Positions 1-7,696 of a stretch of 64,000 nt of DNA are shown in pieces (within the stretch, counting starts at the first letter, position 1; the number at the start of each line of letters is the position of its first letter). Origin of the DNA: a virus; IMG/VR virus record IMGVR_UViG_3300031760_000017, one strand, 5' to 3'. The notes under the pieces were generated by a model. The model ran no database searches. It was not told the origin of the DNA and saw nothing but the letters and a program-made list of their open reading frames with translations. A program made the position numbers and the translations under genes.

Positions 1-252
1 GAGAAAAAAAGAATTGCTAATTCAAAAGTTAGGTCAACTCTGAAAAAATTAGACCATAATTTTTCTTCACATGGTGCATATAAAAAAATGTATGGACAAT
101 GGGAGATTTGTGATTGGTATTTCTTAGAATCTTGGAAAGAATATTGGGAATGTGAGAAAAGAGCATATAAAAGATTTCCTGAAGTTTATAAAAAACCTTT
201 AAATAAAAAAGAAGCTTATAGAGCTTGGTATAAAGACTATAAAATGAAATAA
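1..252 (+). CDS. hypothetical protein, C-terminal fragment (gene starts upstream of window)
   Basis: Frame 1 is open from base 1 to TAA at 250-252 (...AYRAWYKDYKMK*). No motif recognised. Confidence 0.4.
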   Translation, partial: EKKRIANSKVRSTLKKLDHNFSSHGAYKKMYGQWEICDWYFLESWKEYWECEKRAYKRFPEVYKKPLNKKEAYRAWYKDYKMK

Positions 253-262
253 AATATATATA

Positions 263-388
263 AAGGCATATACAGCAAATTCTCTTTAAGAGATGTGTTG
301 GTTCAAATCCAACATTTGCCGCATGGGCAGATTGGCGCAATGGTTGACGCAAGTGACTCGTAATCACTCTATCTTATTAATATGCCTT
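263..388 (+). ncRNA. circularly permuted tRNA-like RNA (T-arm and 3' acceptor strand lie upstream of 5' acceptor strand, D-arm and anticodon-like arm); Y-RNA/YrlA-like mimic or permuted tRNA-Thr(CGU)
   Basis: Terminal stem AAGGCATAT (263-271) / ATATGCCTT (380-388). T-arm GTTGG-TTCAAAT-CCAAC (297-313). ATTTGCC (314-320) pairs with GGCAGAT (326-332). Then come U8, a D-arm GCGC/AATGGTTGA/CGC containing GG, and an arm AGTGA-CTCGTAA-TCACT (352-368). Hand-folded. Confidence 0.5.
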
Positions 389-395
389 GTTTTAA

Positions 396-467
396 TGGGG
401 TGTCGCCAAGCGGTAAGGCATAGCACTTTGACTGCTACACACGTTGGTTCGATCCCAACCACCCCAG
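396..467 (+). tRNA. tRNA-Gln (anticodon UUG)
   Basis: Acceptor TGGGGTG/CACCCCA. D-arm GCCA-AGCGGTA-AGGC. Anticodon arm TAGCA-CTTTGAC-TGCTA. T-arm GTTGG-TTCGATC-CCAAC. 72 nt, hand-folded. Confidence 0.85.
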
Positions 468-489
468 CTAAAATTGAATGTAGTATAAT

Positions 490-945
490 GTGAATATAGA
501 CGGCGTGTGCGTGCCTAAGCTCTAAAATCGTCGTGAGGAGCCCTCATGGTAACTGCTTCTATAGCTGAAGGTGCCTACTACATCTATTACAATAAGGTCT
601 AGTCAGCCTGTACACAATGGTGAAATGATATATCCGTGTACCGTACTAAAACGTATTAGGTATTGTAATGGCGTTATGGTTCTACCAATACGTTAAATTG
701 GGGAAATGCAAATGGAACTATTTATTATTAGTTGATTCGTTTAACTTAATAAAATCAATCTTTTTTAAGCAATAGTGCATTATTGCTAATGAACGAATCG
801 TGTATAAAAAAGATTGGATTTTAGAACGATTATATGTTGATTGTTTATTAGAAGATGAGGTGCGGAAGCGGGGGCAACGCAGTACCCATAAATGAATGTC
901 TCGGCGTTGAGTAGTCAACTATTAAACAATAAATGTAGAAATCGT
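490..945 (+). ncRNA. long structured non-coding region of unknown class (ribozyme/intron-like or other large ncRNA)
   Basis: No plausible ORF with or without TAG=Gln. G+C is visibly higher than the flanks. Helices include GTACAC (610-615) / GTGTAC (636-641), AACGTATTaGGTA (650-662) / TACCAATACGTT (683-694), GATTCGTT/AACGAATC and AGCAATA/TATTGCT. A crossing pair AAAATCAATCTTTTTT / AAAAAAGATTgGATTTT gives pseudoknot topology. Confidence 0.3.
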
Positions 946-948
946 TTC

Positions 949-1020
949 GCGGGTATCGTATATCGGTTAGTATATTAGCCTTCCAAGCTAAGGGGGTGGG
1001 TTCGATTCCCATTACCCGCT
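949..1020 (+). tRNA. tRNA-Gly (anticodon UCC)
   Basis: Acceptor GCGGGTA/TACCCGC. D-arm GTAT-ATCGGTTA-GTAT. Anticodon arm TTAGC-CTTCCAA-GCTAA. T-arm GTGGG-TTCGATT-CCCAT. 72 nt. Confidence 0.85.
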
Positions 1021-1049
1021 TAACTCACAAAAGTGAGTAAAGATAAAAA

Positions 1050-1156
1050 TGTGCGGTGGTGGAATAAGTAGACACAGACTATATGAAAAGCGAGGTAGCA
1101 TCTGACTCACACAAATTCTCGCGGAGTCATGTGAGGTGTAAATCCTCACCCGCACA
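1050..1156 (+). ncRNA. 107-nt tRNA-like RNA: acceptor, class-II-like D-arm and T-arm, with a 54-nt insert in place of a normal anticodon arm
   Basis: Acceptor TGTGCGG/CCGCACA (7 bp) and U8. D-arm GTG-GAATAAGTAGA-CAC resembles tRNA-Leu. T-arm GTGAGG-TGTAAAT-CCTCAC has a non-canonical loop. In the insert, GCGAG/CTCGC and GACTC/GAGTC interleave, which predicts a pseudoknot. Confidence 0.35.
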
Positions 1157-1162
1157 TTCTTT

Positions 1163-1236
1163 ATACTTGTAGCTCAGACGGAGAGAGCATCGTCCTTCTA
1201 AGTCGAAAGTCGAGGGTTCGAGTCCCCCCAAGTATA
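1163..1236 (+). tRNA. tRNA-Arg (anticodon UCU)
   Basis: Acceptor ATACTTG/CAAGTAT. D-arm GCTC-AGACGGAGA-GAGC. Anticodon arm TCGTC-CTTCTAA-GTCGA (one U-U mismatch). T-arm GAGGG-TTCGAGT-CCCCC. 74 nt. Confidence 0.8.
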
Positions 1237-1239
1237 TAA

Positions 1240-1314
1240 TAGACATATACAGCAAATTTTTTCAAGAATAAGAAATAGACTTTTAATCTATAATTCTAAC
1301 TCAAAGTATGTCTA
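1240..1314 (+). ncRNA. small structured RNA, paralog of the terminal stem and 5' motif of the 263-388 element
   Basis: Stem TAGACATAT (1240-1248) / GTATGTCTA (1306-1314). It shares CATATACAGCAAATT with 267-281. Two stem positions differ from the first element by compensatory changes. An internal hairpin AGAAATAGA-CTTTTAA-TCTAT(AA)TTCT is present. No D-arm or T-arm, so it is not a tRNA. Confidence 0.35.
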
Positions 1315-1323
1315 GTTTTAATT

Positions 1324-1395
1324 GAGCCAATAGCCAAAGGGTTAAGGCAGAGGGCCGCAACCCCTCGATTATAAGTTCAAATCTTATTTGGCTCT
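1324..1395 (+). tRNA. tRNA with anticodon GCA (Cys), unusual C at position 33
   Basis: Acceptor GAGCCAA/TTGGCTC. D-arm GCCA-AAGGGTTA-AGGC. Anticodon arm GAGGG-CCGCAAC-CCCTC. T-arm ATAAG-TTCAAAT-CTTAT. Confidence 0.7.
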
Positions 1396-1397
1396 TA

Positions 1398-1426
1398 TTG
1401 ATTTTTTATAAAATTTTTAGTATAAT
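1398..1426 (+). promoter_or_regulatory. sigma70-type promoter (TTGATT-N17-TATAAT)
   Basis: -35 at 1398-1403 and -10 at 1421-1426, with exact 17-nt spacing. Same architecture as more than 15 other sites in the window. Confidence 0.6.
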
Positions 1427-1490
1427 ATATACATAAGGTTATGAAAATAACCTCAAACAAAGTTTGAAAAGAGATAAAAGGAGAACAATT

Positions 1491-3014
1491 ATGAATACTT
1501 TTCTTAATCAGATGGTAAGAGACAATAACATTACTCGTACAGAGAACGGTGGTGTAACTCGCAAGACAACAGAATCTAAGGTGCTTGATATGTTTGCGGT
1601 TGGCGGTGCTTATAGAAACCGTTCTGATGCAGATGTTATTCTTCTATTTAAGAACGCATTTGAGGAAAACCGTGAACTTGCTATGAAGTGTCTTTTCTAT
1701 CTTCGTGATGTTCGTGGTGGACAGGGTGAAAGACGTTTCTTCAGAACAGCTTTCCGCTGGCTTTGCGATAAGCATCCAGAAGTAGCAAAGAGAAATCTTA
1801 ATAATGTAAGTGAGTATGGTCGATGGGATGATCTTATTTATGTAGCTGAAGACACTAAGTGCCAGACTGCCGCATTTAATATCATTAAGCATCAGCTTGC
1901 TCTTGATGTTCAGTGCAAGACTCCATCTCTGCTTGCTAAGTGGCTGCCTTCTCAGAATGCTTCTAATAAAGATACTAAGCGTCTTGGTCATGTGCTTGCA
2001 AATTATCTTCATATGACAAACAAGGAATATCGTAAGACTCTTTCAGTACTGCGTGAGCGCATCAACGTTCTTGAACGCCTGATGAGTGCAAACCGTTGGG
2101 ATGAAATCGAGTTTGATAAGATTCCTTCAAGAGCTGGTATTATTTATCGTAATGCATTTGCTCGTCGCGACATTCTTGCCAAGAGATATGAAGCATTTGC
2201 TAAGAGTTCAGAAACCAAGGTAAATGCAGAAGCTCTGTACCCGCATGATATTGCACATAGAGCTTTTGATTATGGAATGAAGCGAGCTGACATTAATGCT
2301 CCTGAGCGTCTCATGCTTCAGAAGTATTGGGATAACCTTAAGGATTTCTATAATGGAAGAGAAGAGAATGGCATTGCGGTAGTTGATGTTTCTGGTTCTA
2401 TGAGTGGTATTCCTATGGAAGCCGCAGTTTCTATGGGAGCCTATATCGCAGATAAGGCTCACGGACCATTTGCTAATCACTTTATTACTTTCTCAGCTAA
2501 CCCTGAGCTAGTAAGATTTGAAGGTGTTGACATTGTTGATAAGTTCAATCGTTGTGTAAAGGCAAATTGGGGTATGAATACTAACGTTGCGGCGGTATTT
2601 GATATGCTTCTAAATACAGCTAAGAAGAAGCATGTAAAGGTTGAAGATATGCCTACTCGAATTTATATCTTCTCAGATATGGAATTTGATAAGTGCATGA
2701 CTCTTGATCCTAATTACCATGATGAATGGGGTTGGGGTTGGCATTCATGCAAGCATCCTTCTTCAACTAAGGAAGTAAATTCTGACCTTGAGAAGATCAA
2801 GAGAAAGTGGAGTGCTGCTGGTTATCAGATGCCTTCTGTAATCTTCTGGAATCTCAACGCTAGAAATAATCGTATTCCTGCTATCGGCGATGGTTTCAGT
2901 TATGTGAGTGGATTCTCTCCTTCCATGATTGATTCTATCCTTAGCGGTAAGGACGGTTATGACCTCATGCTTGATAAGCTCATGTCTAAGCGTTATGCGG
3001 CGGTTGTTGCATAA
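1491..3014 (+). CDS. Ro60-like protein: helical DUF2828/TROVE-like N-terminal region plus C-terminal vWA domain
   Basis: ATG at 1491 follows AAAGGAG; the track's 1464 start is an upstream TTG. N-terminal TENGGV...LDMFAVGGAYR. vWA MIDAS motif VVDVSGSM (DxSxS). FSDMEFD and C-terminal GFSPSMIDSIL parallel Ro60/Rsr features as I recall them. TAG-free and G+C-richer than neighbours. Confidence 0.55.
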   Translation: MNTFLNQMVRDNNITRTENGGVTRKTTESKVLDMFAVGGAYRNRSDADVILLFKNAFEENRELAMKCLFYLRDVRGGQGERRFFRTAFRWLCDKHPEVAKRNLNNVSEYGRWDDLIYVAEDTKCQTAAFNIIKHQLALDVQCKTPSLLAKWLPSQNASNKDTKRLGHVLANYLHMTNKEYRKTLSVLRERINVLERLMSANRWDEIEFDKIPSRAGIIYRNAFARRDILAKRYEAFAKSSETKVNAEALYPHDIAHRAFDYGMKRADINAPERLMLQKYWDNLKDFYNGREENGIAVVDVSGSMSGIPMEAAVSMGAYIADKAHGPFANHFITFSANPELVRFEGVDIVDKFNRCVKANWGMNTNVAAVFDMLLNTAKKKHVKVEDMPTRIYIFSDMEFDKCMTLDPNYHDEWGWGWHSCKHPSSTKEVNSDLEKIKRKWSAAGYQMPSVIFWNLNARNNRIPAIGDGFSYVSGFSPSMIDSILSGKDGYDLMLDKLMSKRYAAVVA

Positions 3015-3026
3015 CTTCTATATATA

Positions 3027-3059
3027 AGGCACGCAGAAATGCGTGCCTTTCTTTTTTTT
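3027..3059 (+). terminator. intrinsic terminator
   Basis: Hairpin AAGGCACGC-agaaat-GCGTGCCTT followed by a T-run. Confidence 0.75.
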
Positions 3060-3101
3060 ATATAAAGAAAAAATCTTAGAACCTGGTTAAATGGTTTTTT
3101 A

Positions 3102-3170
3102 AATGGCTCGGCACGCAGACACTCGTATCTCAGAAACGAAAAGCTGGTTTGGATTTTTTATTTTGCATTT
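3102..3170 (+). repeat. conserved ~68-nt element, copy A (second copy at 60203-60270)
   Basis: AATGGCTCGGCACGCAGACACTCGTA...TTTGGATTTTTTATTTTGCATTT aligns with copy B. There are scattered substitutions and one 1-nt indel. Confidence 0.6.
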
Positions 3171-3261
3171 CTTGGGCAGGAATAAATAAATTAATTTTTC
3201 TAATTTTAATATATAATTAGTGAAAAAATAATTTTTAGCAGGAGGAGCATTATAAAAAACT

Positions 3262-3747
3262 ATGGCAGTATTATTAGAACATTATTCTTTATCTGAAATT
3301 TTTATGTTTACTGTCCTTTTAGCTTTAGCTATAAAAAGTTTAGTATCTTTTTTTGATTGGGCCTATACTTATCTTAAAAAATTCTTTAACAAAGAATATA
3401 AAGAGACTGATGAAAAAAAGGACTTAGAAAAAAGATTACAACATGGCAGCTGGGTTATGACAACTTTACAAACAAATCAAGATATAACTGATCAATATTT
3501 AAAAGAGCTATCTGCAAAGATAGATATGTTAATAGATTCAGATAAAGATGCTATAAAATCTTACATAACAAGCAAGCATCATTACTTTTGTTATTAGGTT
3601 GGATGGATTGATGATTTTAGTTTAGATTGTTTAGAAAAACGTTATTTGCATTATGCAAAAGAAGGAGGAAACTCTTTTATTGAAGGTTTTATGAATGATT
3701 TAAGAAATTTACCAAAAAAACCGCCAACAAATAGTGATAAACATTAA
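3262..3747 (+). CDS. hypothetical membrane protein (N-terminal TM helix), 161 aa with TAG=Gln
   Basis: GGAGGAG RBS. Track ORF 3262-3597 continues in frame through TAG (3598-3600) to TAA at 3745-3747. Confidence 0.55.
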
Positions 3748-3778
3748 AAAATAAAAAGAGATAAAAGGAGTGTTATAA

Positions 3779-5752
3779 GTGGCTTATTTATCAGGTTTAT
3801 ATCCCCCAGTTATTCCAGATGGGTATCCAGCAATGTTACAATAGGGGGAAACAATAGATTCTAAAAAATATTATAAAATATATTTCTCAATACCCAAATT
3901 AAATTCAATTAATAGCATAGATTTAAGATTTATGCAAATATCAATTAGAAAACAATCTACAAATATTTCTGTTTTAGATAAAACTAAATATTTTTCTGAA
4001 ATATTATTAACAGAAGGTTTTTTAGATAATACTAAATCATCAAATGATTATAATTATTATATATTAGTTCCATTAACTGTTTTTGAAAATAATAAGCTTA
4101 ATATAAATTAGTTATATAAAATTCAATTAAGATTTTGTGCAAAAAATTCTAGTATTCAAGAACCAACTTCTTATAGCGGTTCTGCGCTCTCTGTTTGGTT
4201 AAATACATATAATAATAGATTTTCATAGTGGTCAAGAGTTAGCTTGATAAAAGTAATATCAAAACCTACTTTAAATATAAATGGATTAAATGCTGCTTCT
4301 AACTCTCGAATTACTACATCTTTATTTGAAGTTATTGGCTTATTAAGTTTTACTAATTCATCTGAAAGTGAAATTCTAAAAAGTTATCAAATATTTTTAA
4401 AAGATGCTAGTAAAAAAATAATTTTACATCAATCTGATATTATTTATTCAAATAATCTTAATAATCCTAATTAGATTAATTATGCTATTCCATATGAAAT
4501 GTCAGATAGATTAAATTATTATATTACTATACATTATACTACTAATAATCTATATGAAAATACTGTTAATTATCAAATTAATACATATTTTACAAACACT
4601 ACTATAAATCCTCTAAATGTATTTTCTGCAATAGGGAATGAAGAAGATGGATATATAAAACTTACTATAAAAAGCAAGGGCGTTAATTTATATTCTAACA
4701 ATAATATAAAACCATTAGAATTAATTATTAAAAGATCTTCTTCAAAAACTAATTTTACTATATGGGAAGATTGGAAGATTTTTTCTTATACTGAAAAGTA
4801 TATAGATAAATAGTTTTATGATATGACAATAGAAAGCGGAATTTGGTACAAATATGGCTTGCAAATGCGCGGGACTGATTCAAATGGGCGTATAGTAAGA
4901 ACTAATATGCAGTCAATGAACAAACCTGCAATGTGTATTTTTGACAATATGTATTTAACAACAAAAGATAAACAACTAAAAATAAAATTTAACCCCGCAA
5001 TTAGCCAATTAAAATATAATGTATTAGAATCTCAACAAAATACTTTAGGAAGTCAATTTCCATATATTACTAGAAATGGAAATAATTATTATAGAACTTT
5101 TTCTATTGGCGGAATTATATCTGCTTTATCTGAAATTTTACATGAAGATAACTTATATATTTAGACAAGTTTTGAAACTAAAAACTATTGGGAAAAACCT
5201 TATTCTGTTGCGGGAGTTCTTAATAAAAAAGATATGTGGGGCGCTCCTTAGGAAGATATAGATTATAAGAAAAATGGTAATTCTGCAATTATCTTAGAAG
5301 GAGATCTTAATCAAAATACTGAATCAATTTTTGATAGTGTAGGTTTAAATGAGGATGATAATTTAATTCATAATACATAGATTGCGGCAAGCAATAATAC
5401 TTAGATGTTTTCTACAAAAAATAAAAGATTATTTGCTACAGATTCAGAAATTTATAATTAGCAATAGGAATTATATGAAGAATATAATTCAGAACATGGT
5501 ATAAATAAATATCAAGATTTTATTTATGAAAGAGAATTTAGAAAATTAGTTTTTGATTTTTTAAATTCAAATGAAATTAAATTATTCCGTTCAACACAAG
5601 AAGGTAATATCTTAATCAGATTAATTGGAATAAATTTTGAACCAGTTGAAGGAACAAATAGATTAGTTTATTCATTTTCCGCAACCGCAGTTGAAATAGG
5701 GGAAGATACTATTAGTAATTATAAAAAATATAATATTTTAAAGGAGGATTAA
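3779..5752 (+). CDS. tail/baseplate structural protein, 657 aa with TAG=Gln
   Basis: GTG start 8 nt after AAAGGAG. Track ORFs 4244, 4499 and 4823 share its frame. Hand translation shows only TAG interruptions and ends at TAA 5750-5752. Confidence 0.6.
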
Positions 5753-5755
5753 TAT

Positions 5756-7672
5756 ATGAAACATAATTTTCCATATTTACAAGATTCCTCTTTTTTAAAA
5801 TAGTTTGATTAGTTACAATTAAAAGAAAAATTCGTTAAAATTATTGTTTTAAATTTTAAAGAATAGCCAATAGCAGAAATACAAGGGCGTGTAACTGGCG
5901 GCAGTATAAATGTAGATGGATCTTCTAGTATGCGGCGAACCGCAAATCTGTCTGCTATTGTTAAATAGTAGGATTATAATATTTTAGATGTAAGAAATTT
6001 ATTATCAATTAATAAGAAAATAGAAATATTAATTGGCTTTACAAATTTAACTAATAAATATTCTGACTTTCCAATTATTTGGTTCCCTGAGGGAGTATAT
6101 TTAATTTTTTCGCCAAATATTACTCAAAGTGAGACTGGAATTAATATCTCTTTAACTTTAAGGGATAAAATGACGTTATTGAATGGAGAATGCGGCGGTT
6201 CATTTCCCGCATCAGTTACTTTTCATTAGATTGAAGATATTGATGAAAATGGAAATGTAATTATTTCTAATCCAACTATATATCAAATTATTGTTGAATT
6301 AGTAAATCATTTTGGTGAAATCCCGCTGGATAAAATTATTATAAGTGATGTTGACACTAGAATTAAACAAACAGTTCAATGGATTGGTTCTTACCCAGTT
6401 TATTTTGCTAAACATAATAATGAGTTACAAGGTTAGTTTTCTACTAATTATTTTTAGCTCAGACAAACTTTTTCAGATAATGAAATCAAAACATATAATT
6501 ATGGAGATGCTGTTGGATATGTATTAACCGATTTTATTTATCCTGGTGAATTAATAGGAAATGCTGGAGAAAATGTTGTTACTATTTTAGATAAAATAAA
6601 AAATTTACTTGGTAATTTTGAATATTTTTTTGATACAGAAGGTAATTTTCATTTTCAAGAAGTTAAAAATTATCTAAATACAACTTATCCTACAACTTTA
6701 GAAAAAGATCGAGGAAATTTAGATAATTATCTAGTAGACTATGTTGATGGCGCATCTGTATATAGTTTTGAAGATAACAAAATTATTTCATCTATTTCAG
6801 TAGCCCCTTCTTATGAACAAATTAAAAATGATTTTATTGTGTGGGGTAAAAGAACTGAATTAACTGGTGCGGAAGTTCCAATAAGGTATCATTTAGCTAT
6901 TGATAAATGTCCACGAAACAATATATTGCATCAAGGTTTTTATGAATATGTTGATCCATAGGATGATTTAACTAAATATACAAAAAAAGTAATTACTGGA
7001 CAAAACTCAATTAATATTACTTCAAGAGATTATAGAACTGAATTATATTTACAAGGAGTTGAATCTGAAAATACAGCTACCGCAAGTAATTATTATTTTA
7101 TTGAATTAAAGAATTAGTGGCCGAAAATTTATAATATAAAATAGGGAACTTTTTTAGAAGAGTCTTTTGATAATTTAGATTATTTTTTAGATATTATAGA
7201 TACTTCCGCATAGATAGGAAAATTTAGTGTTTAGAATATTGGAAGACGGACAGTAGTTATAAACGATGATTCTATTAATTGTATTTTTGAACCATAGTAT
7301 CCAGAAGTTGTTTTTATAAAAACAGTGGATCAAGATGATCAAGAGTCAAATCCTATAAGAATTGAATGTGAAAATAAAAAAATAGATTATACACAGATAA
7401 AACCAGAAATGTTTAATTTTCTTTTTCAAGGAAATCCTTATAAGTCTGCCTATGAAGAAATAAGGACAGAATTATATCAATATACAACATATAATGAACA
7501 AATAAATTTATCTATTTTACCAATTTATTATTTTGAACCAAATACAAGAATTACTGTAAAGAACAATTAGATTGGGATAGGTGGAGATTATATGATTAAC
7601 AGTTTTTCAATACCTCTTGATATAAATGGCATAATGAATTTAACTTGTATAAAAACATTAGAAAGGATATAA
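5756..7672 (+). CDS. tail/baseplate structural protein, 638 aa with TAG=Gln
   Basis: ATG 5756 is preceded by AAGGAGG. It is in frame with track ORF 7325-7570. Contains QGRVTGGSINVDGSSSMRRTANLS, a phage minor-tail-like motif. Only TAG interrupts the frame, and TAA lies at 7670-7672. Confidence 0.6.
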
Positions 7673-7696
7673 GGTAAATGATTTTTCATTTACCTT
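7671..7696. terminator. bidirectional hairpin between convergent genes
   Basis: AAGGTAAATGA-tttt-TCATTTACCTT. It overlaps the stop codons of the plus-strand gene (7672) and the minus-strand integrase (7690). Confidence 0.55.

Noticed and set aside
294-321. tRNA 3'-half as a phage attP core
   Set aside because: It is immediately followed by a matching tRNA 5' half and enclosed by a covarying stem, and the integrase is 7 kb away. It cannot be fully excluded without the host genome.
29-367. 112-aa minus-strand ORF overlapping the end of the first CDS and the tRNA-like element
   Set aside because: It runs antisense to a better plus-strand ORF and across structured RNA sequence. It has a low-complexity AT-rich translation and no RBS.
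718-918. 66-aa minus-strand ORF inside the 490-945 structured region
   Set aside because: It has no RBS and lies in helix-dense, G+C-rich RNA-like sequence, so it is most likely a chance ORF.
1163-1236. Possible amber suppressor, since TTCTAAG in the Arg tRNA contains CTA
   Set aside because: In that register the flanking 5-nt segments (CGTCC/TCGAA) do not pair. The register giving anticodon TCT has a 4+1 bp stem with canonical U33 and A37.
1241-1313. Reading the 73-nt element as tRNA-Lys(UUU): 7-bp acceptor AGACATA/TATGTCT and arm ATAGA-CTTTTAA-TCTAT
   Set aside because: The anticodon-like arm is displaced by 8 nt. No D-stem can be drawn, and only 15 nt remain for the variable region plus T-arm. 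The reverse strand is no better.
1464-1490. Track start (TTG, MKRDKRRTI...) for the Ro60-like gene
   Set aside because: ATG 1491 is preceded by AAAGGAG at ideal spacing, and the upstream codons overlap the RBS and promoter region.
3104-3190. Small ORFs in the conserved element (MARHADTRISETKSWFGFFILHFLGRNK; MARRANTRTQEAKMHLDFFICIFAF at 60205)
   Set aside because: A 1-nt indel between the two copies shifts the frame while downstream nucleotides stay conserved. Copy A has no RBS.
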